Shown: piece after piece, positions 1 through 10,400 of the stretch
Numbering within the stretch: position 1 is the stretch's first letter
How the letters are laid out: each line of letters opens with the position of its first letter
NCBI GenBank assembly: GCA_002494645.1
Contig: DACE01000029.1
Span: 3,976 to 67,975, forward strand
DNA length: 64,000 bases
Source: Euryarchaeota archaeon UBA256
GTDB taxonomy: Archaea; Thermoplasmatota; Poseidoniia; Poseidoniales; Poseidoniaceae
Direction: 5' to 3'
The notes under the pieces: model-generated
What the model saw: the letters and a program-made list of their open reading frames with translations, nothing else
Database searches by the model: none
Told to the model about the DNA's origin: nothing
Program-made: the position numbers and the translations under genes

Positions 1-327
1 CAAGGCAATGTCGAACTCTCATGGTCGTGGGACGGCGCCCAAACAGCATTCAACATCATTCGTGGCGGCCAAGTCATTGCAACGGTCAATGACACCTCAT
101 TTTCAGACAGCCCACCGATGAGTGGCTTGAACGAATATGCGATTCAGCCCGTCGACAAAGACCGAATCTACCTCAACGCCGTGGAAACCGTCAGCCTCAA
201 CATTGAGACGCCGGTGATGGAAGCACCTGAGGCATCAGCAACGGGAGGTTACGGTCTTGGCATCTTACTCTTGCTCGGCTCTATCGTGCTGCTTCAGCGC
301 AATCTGGTCCGTGGAGGTGAGCGCTGA
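1..327 (+). CDS. 5'-truncated surface protein C-terminus (fibronectin type III-like domain plus transmembrane anchor)
   Basis: Frame is open from base 1 (QGNVELSWSWDGAQTAFNIIRGGQVIATVNDTSFSD...NEYAIQPVD), an FN3-like pattern. It ends in the hydrophobic helix GYGLGILLLLGSIVLL. The stop overlaps the next ATG. Confidence 0.6.
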   Translation, partial: QGNVELSWSWDGAQTAFNIIRGGQVIATVNDTSFSDSPPMSGLNEYAIQPVDKDRIYLNAVETVSLNIETPVMEAPEASATGGYGLGILLLLGSIVLLQRNLVRGGER

Positions 328-1301
328 TGCGTGGGAATTTCTGGGTCTTTCTCGTCATCGTATTGTTATTCGCACCCAGTCTTGGCTCAGCCAACCCAAG
401 CGGTGTGGGTGAGGGGGCTTTTGACGCTCAGTGTGGGGGCGCCTGTCACGGTGACGCCGACATGAACCGTTCCTCTGCCTCAACCGTCACGTTGCTTGGT
501 GAAGCGGTGGCTTACGAAGGATTGCTCACCAGCGTGACGGTGAGCATTGAGAACATCGAGACCACGCAACAAGGGCTGCTCGGAGTCTTTCTGTTAAGCA
601 GTCTTGCAGGTGCTGGAGACTTGCCGTCAGATGACGGATGGGTCATCATCTCCAACAGCGAAGGCGGCACTGACAATTACGTCGAAATTACCGTATCGCC
701 CTCTCAGGAGCAACGCAACATCACCTGGACCTTACGCGCCCCAAGCATCGGCCAATACAACTTGTATGCAGCCATTCACCACGGAACTGAAGACGGTAGC
801 GAAGCACCCTTCTTCGGGCAAAGCATCACACCGATGGTCGTTGACGTGCTGGTTGTTCCCGAAGATTTACCACGCTTGACCTCAGACTATGTTCCGACCA
901 CTCAACGCATGCTGGGTGAGGCAACAAAGATGAATGTGGAAACCACCTTTGTGGAATCCGTCGAGGTTGAATGGAGGATTGCTGGCGGTGAGGGGCAGAG
1001 CGCCCAAGTCACTGAACTCGCTGATGGAACATGGGGCTTTGATCTGCCCGCCTCACTCCAACCCTCTGTCATCGAATGGCGCGCCCATCTCGAAGGTGAG
1101 GGGCCCTCGCAGACCACGCCGTGGTTCCAATTGCGAAGCAAAGAGGCTTCTTGGACGGTGGACGAAACCGCAGCCTATGCGCAGTCATTCGCCCTCATCA
1201 TCGTCTTCATGGCTGGCTTCATGGCACTCCAACAGCGTCGGGCTGATGAAGTGATGAAAACCGAACTCAGCGATCATGAATTTGACGGAGGTGAACTCTA
1301 A
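327..1301 (+). CDS. Secreted, membrane-anchored Reeler/choice-of-anchor-V-like protein with a CxxxCH motif
   Basis: Signal peptide, then QCGGACHG, beta-rich domains and a C-terminal TM helix (FALIIVFMAGFMAL). Translationally coupled to both neighbours. Confidence 0.55.
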   Translation: MRGNFWVFLVIVLLFAPSLGSANPSGVGEGAFDAQCGGACHGDADMNRSSASTVTLLGEAVAYEGLLTSVTVSIENIETTQQGLLGVFLLSSLAGAGDLPSDDGWVIISNSEGGTDNYVEITVSPSQEQRNITWTLRAPSIGQYNLYAAIHHGTEDGSEAPFFGQSITPMVVDVLVVPEDLPRLTSDYVPTTQRMLGEATKMNVETTFVESVEVEWRIAGGEGQSAQVTELADGTWGFDLPASLQPSVIEWRAHLEGEGPSQTTPWFQLRSKEASWTVDETAAYAQSFALIIVFMAGFMALQQRRADEVMKTELSDHEFDGGEL

Positions 1302-1858
1302 TGGTCACCTCGAACACTCTCCACGTCGTCAGCACCGAACTTACAGTCGGCTCCTTTGCCATGGCTGGAGCGGCTTTCCTCTTTGCTGGTCTCGCAAGCC
1401 ACGGCCTCGTTCGCTTGGAACGTCATCTCAACCTGTTTGACCAGGTGGCGCATTTTGCACTGGCCTTCGGCCTGTTGGCCATGCCGATGGCGATTGCAAC
1501 GGGGATCGCTTCGAGCCCTGGAGATGGAATTGACCATCCATTGCTCGTCAACAAAATGTTTCTTTCTTGTGCTTCACTCGGTCTTGCATTAGGTGTATTG
1601 AACGTACGACGGCGTCAAGGCTCAAGCATCTGGGCTGAAGAATGGGGCAAGCGTTGGCAGATGCTCGGAGGCATGGCCGCATCAGGACTCATCTTGACCA
1701 CCGCCTCCTTTGGTGGAACCTTCTCTCGAGGCGAGTCCTTACTGGACATGCTGCACTTGCCCTATGATTTCGTTCCCTTGATGCCGTTGTGGCTCTCAGG
1801 ACTTGTCTTGCTTGTCGGCCTTGCCAACATGGTCACGGGACGGAAAGCCTCTTCCTGA
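1301..1858 (+). CDS. DUF2231-like integral membrane protein
   Basis: About 5 TM helices, N-terminal LHVVSTELTVG (resembling HPxxVHFPI), and AIATG...HPLL. GGAGGTG ribosome-binding site upstream. Confidence 0.5.
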   Translation: MVTSNTLHVVSTELTVGSFAMAGAAFLFAGLASHGLVRLERHLNLFDQVAHFALAFGLLAMPMAIATGIASSPGDGIDHPLLVNKMFLSCASLGLALGVLNVRRRQGSSIWAEEWGKRWQMLGGMAASGLILTTASFGGTFSRGESLLDMLHLPYDFVPLMPLWLSGLVLLVGLANMVTGRKASS

Positions 1859-1861
1859 GGT

Positions 1862-3715
1862 TCAAAGGCCGGCCATGTCGCCAGTTTGAATCGTCCATTG
1901 ACTGGCGTAAACGCCTCCTGAAGCAACCAAATCATCGTGCATGCCCCGCTCGACAATAGCCCCGTCGACCATGGAAAGAATTTCATTGGCGTTACGAATC
2001 GTACTCAATCGGTGAGCGACGGCAATCGTAGCTCGATTCTTCCCAGATGAGAGGAGGTTTTCTTGGATGCGCCGCTCTGTTTCAGCATCCAAAGCACTGC
2101 TTGCCTCGTCGAGAATCAACAAACTTGGCGCCTTCAAAATGGCTCGGGCCAGTGAGATACGGGCACGCTGACCTCCACTCAGCATGGCACCACGGTCGCC
2201 GACCATCGTGTCCAAACCGTGTTCCAACTCTTGGACGAAATCCCACGCTCCTGCCATGGTGAGCGCATCTTTCAACATCTCCTCAGTGGATTCTTGGTTG
2301 TAGATGACGTTGTCCCGTACGCTTCCATAGAAGAGGAAGGGGTCTTGGCTGACAAAGCCAATGGCTTCGCGAAGCGAATGAAGTGTAAATTCGGTAATCG
2401 GCTCGCCGTTGATGAGAACTTCACCGCTGTCGGGGATGTAATAGCGCATGAGCAATTTCAGGATGGTCGTTTTCCCTGCACCTGTGTGCCCCATAACTCC
2501 GAGGAAATCGCCTTCCTCCACCTTGAAAGTGATTCCGTTGAGCACCTTGATGCTGGTGTTGGGATAGGTGAAGTAGACGTTGTTGAACTCAATGGATTGA
2601 ATGCCTCCTTCGAGCACCTTTGAGCTTTCTTGGTCAACGATGGTAGGTTCGAGGTCGACGACTGCAAAGACACGCTGCGCAGCAGCCTCACCCCGCTGGA
2701 GTTGATTGACAAGAATACCGAAGATGAACATCGGCATGGTCATTCGAGTACTGATGAGCAGAAAGGTCACGAGTTGGCCCGTGGTGATTTCATCTTGGCT
2801 GGCAAGATAACCACCTGCCGTGACCAAGAGTCCGAAGGCCACGCCCGCGATAGCGTAGATCATGGGGATGAAGCGATTTCTGTCCTTGCTTGCACCCATG
2901 GCTTGGTCTCGGTATTCACCCGATTGGTCGGCGACTCTGTTGGCTTCCCAATTCTGAGCATTGTAGGCTTGCACTACGGCAATACCTGAAATCAAATTTT
3001 CAAGGACTGCATGGATATCGCCCGTTGATTCGCGCTGCTTTCGGTACTTTCGTTGGACACGGGTGGAGAACCAATACACGGCGGGTACAATGAACAGCAG
3101 TGGGCCGAAGAGGACCGCTGCGAGTTTAAATGACATCAAGGAGAGAATGATGAAGGCTGTAGCGAAGGTGATGACGATTCGAATGATGGAGGTTGAGGAA
3201 TCTGAAACTACATCTTCCAACTGATTGACGTCACTCGAAAGCACGGACATGATTTGCCCCGTTTGTCTGAGATCGTAATAGGAGGCTTCCATAGCGATGA
3301 GCGAGCGGGTAGCATCCATGCGCAAATCGTGTTGGATGTTGTATCCCAGCGTTTGCCACGCATATTCAGAGATGCCTTGGAAGACTGCCAAGCAGAGAAA
3401 TCCAAGGAAAATGAGGATGCCGTAACCGTAAGCGGGATTGTGGTGGATGGTGGTCACGAGGTCCTGAACGAGTTGTGGTCCCGAGAGAACATCGGTCGTG
3501 AAGTAATCCACGGCTAATCCAATGGCTACGAAGGGCATGAGATCGAAAAACCGGGCTGCCGCATTTGCAAAAATTCCGGTCGCTACACGCTTTGGGTATT
3601 TTTTGGCGTAGGGGACGACACGCCAGATTTGGCGACCAAGAACTTGAGCGCCTTCATTGAGGTCTTCGGGAGCCATTGCATCTTTGCTGCCTTTTGATGC
3701 ATGTCCCCTCGTCAT
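1862..3715 (-). CDS. ABC exporter, fused permease/ATP-binding (MsbA/MdlB-like)
   Basis: TM domain, then Walker A GHTGAGKT, Q-loop VSQD, signature LSGGQ, Walker B LILDEASSALD and H-loop AHRLST. Confidence 0.95.
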   Translation of the reverse strand: MTRGHASKGSKDAMAPEDLNEGAQVLGRQIWRVVPYAKKYPKRVATGIFANAAARFFDLMPFVAIGLAVDYFTTDVLSGPQLVQDLVTTIHHNPAYGYGILIFLGFLCLAVFQGISEYAWQTLGYNIQHDLRMDATRSLIAMEASYYDLRQTGQIMSVLSSDVNQLEDVVSDSSTSIIRIVITFATAFIILSLMSFKLAAVLFGPLLFIVPAVYWFSTRVQRKYRKQRESTGDIHAVLENLISGIAVVQAYNAQNWEANRVADQSGEYRDQAMGASKDRNRFIPMIYAIAGVAFGLLVTAGGYLASQDEITTGQLVTFLLISTRMTMPMFIFGILVNQLQRGEAAAQRVFAVVDLEPTIVDQESSKVLEGGIQSIEFNNVYFTYPNTSIKVLNGITFKVEEGDFLGVMGHTGAGKTTILKLLMRYYIPDSGEVLINGEPITEFTLHSLREAIGFVSQDPFLFYGSVRDNVIYNQESTEEMLKDALTMAGAWDFVQELEHGLDTMVGDRGAMLSGGQRARISLARAILKAPSLLILDEASSALDAETERRIQENLLSSGKNRATIAVAHRLSTIRNANEILSMVDGAIVERGMHDDLVASGGVYASQWTIQTGDMAGL

Positions 3716-3826
3716 AGAAACACGCCCATGCTCGGCATTCTTGAACCCTCGCTATGAAATCAATCATAATGAATCCGAAGACCTCTCATGCAATCTTTCA
3801 TGAGGTAGGCCGGTATAGACAACGAC

Positions 3827-6800
3827 ATGCTGACCAGCCGTCGACCAAGTTCCATCATCCTCATCGGGCTCATGTTGCTCCAAATCATGGCCCCTATTGC
3901 CATGGCGAATGGACAACTACCAAGCGACATCGACATCGATACCGACGCTGATTTGGACCTGCTCTCCATGCTCAACATCGAACCCAGAGCTGACAGCGAA
4001 CACGGCTGGTTGTCAAGTGAAGATGCGGTTGATGAAACACACCTACTCTATCGTGATGTTTCCTTGCTTGCTCCTTCGGAATGGACACAGCGTACGGGCG
4101 AACAATCCGTCGACGGCTTTCACATTCTCAGCCATGCTTACCCAGTCCCTTCACAATGGTTCCATGACCTTGCTGATGAGGGAATCAAATGTTATTCATT
4201 CCTCCCACCAACTGGATTCCACTGCGATGTGAACGGAAAAACTCCGGCTCAACTTGAATCCTTGAACGTTCAAGGAATGGCCGTTTTGGATTCCACCGAT
4301 AAAATCCGTACTGACCTCGCACGTGGTTTGCTCGGTATCGAAATGGAGGTCACTAATCCCTTCGTCAATCAAGAAGGAGCCATCGTCAACATCGTTCTTT
4401 CAGGAGAAGAACTCCCTCAGGGTCTCAACGAGCAAAGCAACATTGTGTTGGATTCGCATTCAGGCCGATTTGCTACGCTTGCGCTCGACGCTGAAGGCTT
4501 GACATGGCTGGTATCTCAACCCGAAATTGAGTGGGTTGAACCCAAACCCTTCTTTGAGATTTTGAACAGTAAAGGCATCGAAGTCATGCACGTCGATGAC
4601 CTGTGGGACGGCAGCATCATGTCCAGCATTGACAGTGGCTGGAACGGGCTCGATGGCAGTGGAATCATTGTCACGGTCGCCGATACCGGTCTTGACAACG
4701 GCGTCAACAACTCGAACATGCATCCCGATTTCCGTGACCACATCACGGGCATTCTCTCCTTCCCACCTCCACCATCAACCTGCGCCTACTACAGCCTGAG
4801 CCCGTGCGGTGACGATGCAGAGGACAAGCACGGACACGGGACCCACGTCGCTGGATCGGTGCTTGGTGACGGCACTCACAGCAACGGCGATATCATCGGC
4901 GCCGCTCCTGAGGCTCATCTGCTCTTCCATGCCATCGCCACAACAAACGCTGGAAGTGAAGATTTACTCGGCATCCCCAATGACCTCGATGATTTGTTCA
5001 AACTCGCTTGGGCCAACGGAAGCCGAATCCACACCAATTCTTGGGGGTCCAGCGTAGCCGGACAATACACCACCTCGTCAATGCAAGCCGATAGCAGTGC
5101 ACGAACTCACGATGAAATGGTGATTCTCTTCTCTGCAGCCAACGAAGGTGTTGACACCACTCCACGAGATGGTGAGATTGACTTGGATTCGATGGGTTCA
5201 CCAGCAACCGCAAAAAATGTCCTTACCGTTGGGGCTACTGAAAACGCTCGGTCCAACATGACCTGGGTGTGGGGAAGTACGAAATATGCCTCTCCGATTT
5301 CAACCGATAAATTGGCCGACAACCCCGACGGAATGGCGGCATTTTCGTCCCGTGGCCCAACCGATGATGACCGGCTCAAGCCAGACTTTTCGGCTCCAGG
5401 CACTATGATTCTATCAGCAAAATCTCGTAGTACCTCGGACGTAGGATGGTTGGCTCACAATGCGAGTTACACCTACATGGGTGGCACCAGCATGGCAACC
5501 CCCCTAACAGCCGGTGCTTCTGCTCTTCTTTTGGAACACCTGATAGAAAACCTTGGGGAAAGCAATCCAACTTCTGCTCTCGTGAAAGCCATCTTCACCG
5601 CCAGCGCTCACGACATGACCGGACAGTACAGTTCGTCCACCAACGGCGCAGGTGAAGCAGCACCTAACGACCACGAAGGTTGGGGACGAGTGAACATGTC
5701 ACAAGCCCTCAATACGTCGTGGATTCAAGACCAATCGGTGTCCACCAACGACGACCGTGGTTGGTCCTTCATCGTACCCGCCAGTGCCGATGACATCAAT
5801 TTCGCACTGTCGTGGACCGACCCTGCATCAACACCTGCAGCATCAACCAATCTCGTCAATGATGTTGATTTGGCGATTAAGAGTCCCACAGGCACCTGGA
5901 CAAACTTGAGCAACAACGTCGACAATCTCCTCGGCATGACCGTAGCATCTCCTGCCCAGGGTACGTGGGAAGTCCACGTCGTTGGTACCAGTATTCCCAC
6001 TGGCCCGCAATTCTTCGCTCTCGCTATGACCGGCGATTACAGCCTTACCAACCTCACACAAGATTCTGACTTAGACGGATACATCGATGACGAGGATGAC
6101 TGCAACACGACCGCAGGCACCTCGAACCAAGACCGTGATGGATGTCCAGATACCGACGGTGACGGATACTCCAACCCCGACAGTGGATGGACCGTGAACG
6201 ACGGTGCCGATGCGTTCCCGTCCGATGTAACTCAGTGGGCCGACACCGATTACGACGGCTACGGCGACAATGCGGCAGGAAACGAGCCAGATGCCTGTGC
6301 TTCAGTCGCAGGTAATTCCACAGGTGACCGCTATGGCTGCACTGACACTGACGGGGATACCTTCTCCGATGGTGACAGTGGATGGACAACTTCGAACGGC
6401 GCAGATGCGTGCAGCAGTGTTGCTGGTCCTTCGAGTGAAGACCGGAACGGGTGTCCTGATGGTGACGGCGACGGATATTCAGACCCCGATAGTTCGTGGG
6501 GCGTTGCTCTGGGCGCTGACGCCTACCCCAGCGACGCAACGCAGTGGGTCGATAGCGATGGAGATGGGTACGGCGACAACCCGCCTCCTGCGACCACCGG
6601 AGATTCTTGTCCATCTACCAATGGCTTGTCAAATCAAGACCGCTACGGCTGCACCGATACCGACGGTGACGGATACTCAGATCCCGATTCAGGATGGACC
6701 GTTGGTGCAAATAACGCAGACGCTTTCATCAACGATGCCACACAGTGGGCTGACGCTGACAGCGACGGTTACGGCGATAATGCGACGGGCAACAACCCCG

Positions 6801-9436
6801 ATGCTTGTCCTTCAACACACGGCACCTCCTCACAAGCAGGTCGTCTTGGTTGCACAGACAGCGACAGTGACGGGTACGCTGACATCGATGACGCTTTTCC
6901 CAGCGAATCCACGCAATGGAACGATACCGACGCAGACGGGTATGGCGATGAAATCAGTGGTTTCCAAGCCGATGCATGTCCATCTTCGGCAGGAAGTTCA
7001 AACCGAGACCGATTCGGTTGCCCGGATACGGACGGTGATGGATCCTCGGACAACGACAGCACTTGGACGGTCAGCAACGGAGCCGATGCCTACCCCAATG
7101 ACGTCACCCAGTGGGCGGACGGTGACGGTGACGGATACGGCGACAACCCAACCGGTACCAACGGCGACCAATGCCCGTCCTTATCGGGTAATTCCACGCA
7201 AGACCGCTTTGGCTGTCCAGACACCGACGGCGACGGATATTCTGACCCCGATTCATTGTGGACCGTCGATGACGGTGCTGACGCCTACCCCAACGACCCC
7301 ACCCGCTGGGGCGATAGCGACGGGGACGGATTTGATGACGGATTAGACGATGCCTGTCCTGCCTTTTTCGGCACCTCGGTGCACGACAGAAAAGGATGTC
7401 CTGACCAAGACGGTGACGGTTATTCAGACCCCGACGCCTCGTGGACGACCAACGACGGAGCTGATGCTTTCATGACCGATTCGACGCAGTGGAACGATAC
7501 TGACGCTGACGGATACGGCGATAATGCTGCAGGTAATTTGCCTGATGCATGCCCCTCTCAATCCGGTGAATCATGGCAAAATGGAACCTACGGTTGTCCC
7601 GACGGTGATACGGACGGTTGGGCGGACCAGGAGGACTCTCACCCCGATGAATTCACACAATGGTCCGACGCCGACGGCGACGGTTACGGCGACAACCCTG
7701 GTGGAGTTGAGCCTGACTCTTGCACAAGTTTACCCGGGAATTCAACCGAAGGTTATCGCCTTGGTTGCCCCGATACGGACGGAGACGGTTGGGATGATGT
7801 CATCGACGCTTTGCCCAATCTTGCGACCCAATGGCTGGACCAAGACGGTGATGGCTACGGCGACAATGCCAGCGGCATTCAACCCGATGCGTGCCCCGGC
7901 GAAGCAGGAACTTCAACCATCGACCGCTTCGGCTGTGTCGACAGTGATGGAGACGGTGTGTCCAACGCAACAGATGCCTTCCCCGATGACCCAACACGAA
8001 CCACCGATAGCGACGGGGATGGTTACGACGATGTTGAGGACCTTTGCCCCCTCATCAGCGGTAATTCAACCTCTGACCGACTCGGATGTGTCGACAGCGA
8101 CGGGGATGGTGTCTCAGACCCAACGCTACCAATCGGCAACCAAAGCGGCTGGAATACCAGCGATGGAGCAGATGCATTCCCCTATGAACCAACACAATCC
8201 GTCGACAGTGACGGTGACGGTTTCGGTGACAACGGCAGCGGTCACGAGGCTGATGTCTGTCCAAGCGATTCGGGTTCCTCAAACGTTGACCGCTTTGGGT
8301 GTGTTGATGCTGATGAAGATGGTACTTCAGACCTCAATGATGCATTCCCCGCCGAGCCTACGCAGTGGACGGACGCTGACGCTGACGGCTATGGCGACAA
8401 TCCTGACGGTTTAACACCAGACGGTTGCAACGCTACCGCAGGTACGTCAAGCGTTGACCTCTACGGTTGCGTCGACGACGATGGAGACGGAGTGAGCGAT
8501 CTCAACGACCTTTGGCTCGGAGACAATTCACAATGGTACGACACTGATGGCGATGGCTACGGAGATGAACCTGCTGGAACAGACGGCGATTCATGTCCCG
8601 AAGTTGCTGGGACCTCGACGGAAGGAAACGAGAGAGGATGTTTGGATAGTGACGGCGATGGCTGGTCAGATACGGCTGATGCCTTCCCTGATGAACGAAG
8701 CCAATACCTCGACAGTGACGGTGACGGCTGGGGTGACAATCAAACTCTTGGGGCTCACAAGCCCGACCATTGGCCCAATGACCCGTCTCGTAATTCAGCA
8801 GAAGCAAGCCTTTCATGCACCCCAATGAGCATTGATTTGGACCTCGCAGCAAGTGGTTGGTTTACCTTCACTTGCACCTTGACTACGCCAATGTCCTCAG
8901 CCTTCGCTGCCAACATCGACTGGTTGGCAACATCCAGCGTGACGGGTTCATCTACGGGTCACTTCCTCACCTTTACTTCCGATACCGGTAATTCTCAAAC
9001 AGTGACCTTCTCGGGCACCGTCCTTGAAGTTGGTACCCACCAAATTGTGCTCACGGCATATGAGCCAGGGGCTGAGATTCCAATGGACACCGTGACCGTC
9101 GTCCTGTGGACCGAGGATTCCAACGCCCCGGTCGTGCTCGACGAGACCGAGCAATCCTCAGCATTGACCGAACTGGCTGAGAATCCAATGGTCCAAGCAG
9201 CCCTTGGTGCACTTGTTCTCTTTGTCTTGATGGGAGCGCTCATGCTGCGTGGACACAGCCGTAACGTGCGCAGTGACGCCAAGCGGGCGGCGAGAGCTGA
9301 AGAAATGAGGCAAAGCCGAGGCATCACGAATCGAAGCCCTACTGCCCCGATGATCGGCCAGAGGAATGCACCACCGCCTGTTCGCAAGCGAAATGTGAGT
9401 TCTTCCCTCTTTGACGACCTCCGCCGGAAAAAGTGA
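3827..9436 (+). CDS. Giant secreted S8 subtilisin-family protease (Kp43-like) with a long thrombospondin type 3-like Ca-binding repeat stalk and C-terminal membrane anchor
   Basis: Signal peptide. Catalytic motifs VADTG, HGHGTHVAG, SAANEG and GGTSMATP. Dozens of DxDGDG repeats. TM helix ALGALVLFVLMGALML followed by a basic tail. Confidence 0.92.
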   Translation: MLTSRRPSSIILIGLMLLQIMAPIAMANGQLPSDIDIDTDADLDLLSMLNIEPRADSEHGWLSSEDAVDETHLLYRDVSLLAPSEWTQRTGEQSVDGFHILSHAYPVPSQWFHDLADEGIKCYSFLPPTGFHCDVNGKTPAQLESLNVQGMAVLDSTDKIRTDLARGLLGIEMEVTNPFVNQEGAIVNIVLSGEELPQGLNEQSNIVLDSHSGRFATLALDAEGLTWLVSQPEIEWVEPKPFFEILNSKGIEVMHVDDLWDGSIMSSIDSGWNGLDGSGIIVTVADTGLDNGVNNSNMHPDFRDHITGILSFPPPPSTCAYYSLSPCGDDAEDKHGHGTHVAGSVLGDGTHSNGDIIGAAPEAHLLFHAIATTNAGSEDLLGIPNDLDDLFKLAWANGSRIHTNSWGSSVAGQYTTSSMQADSSARTHDEMVILFSAANEGVDTTPRDGEIDLDSMGSPATAKNVLTVGATENARSNMTWVWGSTKYASPISTDKLADNPDGMAAFSSRGPTDDDRLKPDFSAPGTMILSAKSRSTSDVGWLAHNASYTYMGGTSMATPLTAGASALLLEHLIENLGESNPTSALVKAIFTASAHDMTGQYSSSTNGAGEAAPNDHEGWGRVNMSQALNTSWIQDQSVSTNDDRGWSFIVPASADDINFALSWTDPASTPAASTNLVNDVDLAIKSPTGTWTNLSNNVDNLLGMTVASPAQGTWEVHVVGTSIPTGPQFFALAMTGDYSLTNLTQDSDLDGYIDDEDDCNTTAGTSNQDRDGCPDTDGDGYSNPDSGWTVNDGADAFPSDVTQWADTDYDGYGDNAAGNEPDACASVAGNSTGDRYGCTDTDGDTFSDGDSGWTTSNGADACSSVAGPSSEDRNGCPDGDGDGYSDPDSSWGVALGADAYPSDATQWVDSDGDGYGDNPPPATTGDSCPSTNGLSNQDRYGCTDTDGDGYSDPDSGWTVGANNADAFINDATQWADADSDGYGDNATGNNPDACPSTHGTSSQAGRLGCTDSDSDGYADIDDAFPSESTQWNDTDADGYGDEISGFQADACPSSAGSSNRDRFGCPDTDGDGSSDNDSTWTVSNGADAYPNDVTQWADGDGDGYGDNPTGTNGDQCPSLSGNSTQDRFGCPDTDGDGYSDPDSLWTVDDGADAYPNDPTRWGDSDGDGFDDGLDDACPAFFGTSVHDRKGCPDQDGDGYSDPDASWTTNDGADAFMTDSTQWNDTDADGYGDNAAGNLPDACPSQSGESWQNGTYGCPDGDTDGWADQEDSHPDEFTQWSDADGDGYGDNPGGVEPDSCTSLPGNSTEGYRLGCPDTDGDGWDDVIDALPNLATQWLDQDGDGYGDNASGIQPDACPGEAGTSTIDRFGCVDSDGDGVSNATDAFPDDPTRTTDSDGDGYDDVEDLCPLISGNSTSDRLGCVDSDGDGVSDPTLPIGNQSGWNTSDGADAFPYEPTQSVDSDGDGFGDNGSGHEADVCPSDSGSSNVDRFGCVDADEDGTSDLNDAFPAEPTQWTDADADGYGDNPDGLTPDGCNATAGTSSVDLYGCVDDDGDGVSDLNDLWLGDNSQWYDTDGDGYGDEPAGTDGDSCPEVAGTSTEGNERGCLDSDGDGWSDTADAFPDERSQYLDSDGDGWGDNQTLGAHKPDHWPNDPSRNSAEASLSCTPMSIDLDLAASGWFTFTCTLTTPMSSAFAANIDWLATSSVTGSSTGHFLTFTSDTGNSQTVTFSGTVLEVGTHQIVLTAYEPGAEIPMDTVTVVLWTEDSNAPVVLDETEQSSALTELAENPMVQAALGALVLFVLMGALMLRGHSRNVRSDAKRAARAEEMRQSRGITNRSPTAPMIGQRNAPPPVRKRNVSSSLFDDLRRKK
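6058..8790 (+). repeat. Intragenic tandem protein repeats (CPDxDGDGYSD / DAFPxDxTQWxDxDGDGYGDN / DACP...GxS..DRxG)
   Basis: Directly visible degenerate repeats covering about 900 codons of the S8 protease. Confidence 0.9.
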
Positions 9437-9498
9437 ACCGGAAGTTCATCCACCGATTGACTCAAAGAGGAGAGGTTGCTGGGTTGGCACACCACACT

Positions 9499-9570
9499 GC
9501 GGATATGGTGAAGTGGTTATCATCTGAGGTTTCCAACCTTATGTCGTGGGTTCGACTCCCGCTATCCGCA
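9499..9570 (+). tRNA. tRNA-Gly (anticodon TCC)
   Basis: Cloverleaf: acceptor GCGGATA/TATCCGC, D arm GTGA/TCAT, anticodon arm TGAGG-TTTCCAA-CCTTA, T arm GTGGG-TTCGACT-CCCGC, discriminator A. No intron. Confidence 0.95.
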
Positions 9571-9685
9571 CCTTTACCCACTGAGTTAGGCCAGTATTCT
9601 CACTGTGCGTGAAGTGAGTCACGGAAGTATGAAAGGCTCGCCGTGAGGAGATTTCGTCAAAGAAGCCAACTTGAGGTGCCCTATC

Positions 9686-10339
9686 GTGAATTTCTTTTTT
9701 CTTTGTCTGTTGACGCTCTGGTTGTATTTGCCGGGTTTTCTCGCCAATACTTTTGCCATGATGTGGGGGAAATGGTTCCCGAAGACCGGTTACGGCCCAT
9801 GGCCCATTGATGGTGGGCGTGTCATGAAGGACGGGAATCGAATGCTCGGCGACGGAAAGACTTGGAACGGTCTCATCGGCGGGTCGCTGACATCAGGACT
9901 CTTGTGCGTGATCATGGCCCTCACGCTTACGGAAGGGAATTTCGGAACGGTATTTTCAGACGGTTCAACGGTTTTCGCTCACCCGCTCATTGGTTCGGAT
10001 GCAACCTGGTTTGATGTTGGTGGAACGGTAGGGACTGCCTTTATTCTCGGTACCTTCCTCGGCTTGGCCTGTTTGGTTGGCGACAGCACGGGCTCCTTCC
10101 TCAAGCGACGTCGTGGGCTCAAGCGAGAAGGTGATATTTCGTCAAAAGCACCCTTGCTCGACACACTCCCCTTTGCCATCATGGTGTTCTTGTGGGGCCA
10201 ACTGTTCCTTGGCACCTCTATTTTGGCAGCTGAAGAACTCCGCTTGCCCATGGTCGCACTCATTCTCATTACGCCAATCCTCCACCGTGCATTCAACATC
10301 ATCGGATACAAAATTGGCTGGAAAGACGTACCGTATTGA
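9686..10339 (+). CDS. carS: CDP-archaeol synthase (DUF46 family)
   Basis: Motifs PIDGG, DGNRMLGDGKTWNG, GDSTGSFLKRR and APLLD, multi-TM. GTG start chosen behind GAGGTG (the ORF track starts at 9671). Confidence 0.9.
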   Translation: MNFFFLCLLTLWLYLPGFLANTFAMMWGKWFPKTGYGPWPIDGGRVMKDGNRMLGDGKTWNGLIGGSLTSGLLCVIMALTLTEGNFGTVFSDGSTVFAHPLIGSDATWFDVGGTVGTAFILGTFLGLACLVGDSTGSFLKRRRGLKREGDISSKAPLLDTLPFAIMVFLWGQLFLGTSILAAEELRLPMVALILITPILHRAFNIIGYKIGWKDVPY

Positions 10340-10400
10340 AGCGCTCTGCATCAGTTGGGCGAAGGCTAAGACCTATGAAGAACGAGCAGGAGGGCACAGC

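Noticed and set aside
6058-8790. Repeats as a possible CRISPR array
   Set aside because: The repeats are degenerate at third codon positions and in-frame within a protein. There is no constant repeat/unique spacer pattern and no cas gene.
6054-8852. Long alternative-frame and antisense ORFs (6270-7346, 7524-8414, 6054-6614 and others) within the S8 protease
   Set aside because: They arise from the stop-poor GAC/GGC/GAT repeat codons. Translations are low-complexity Thr/Met/Pro or Arg/His strings with no motifs.
10077-10400. N-terminal extension of the M28 peptidase ORF
   Set aside because: It overlaps carS. The signal peptide/lipobox and ribosome-binding site place the start at 10401.
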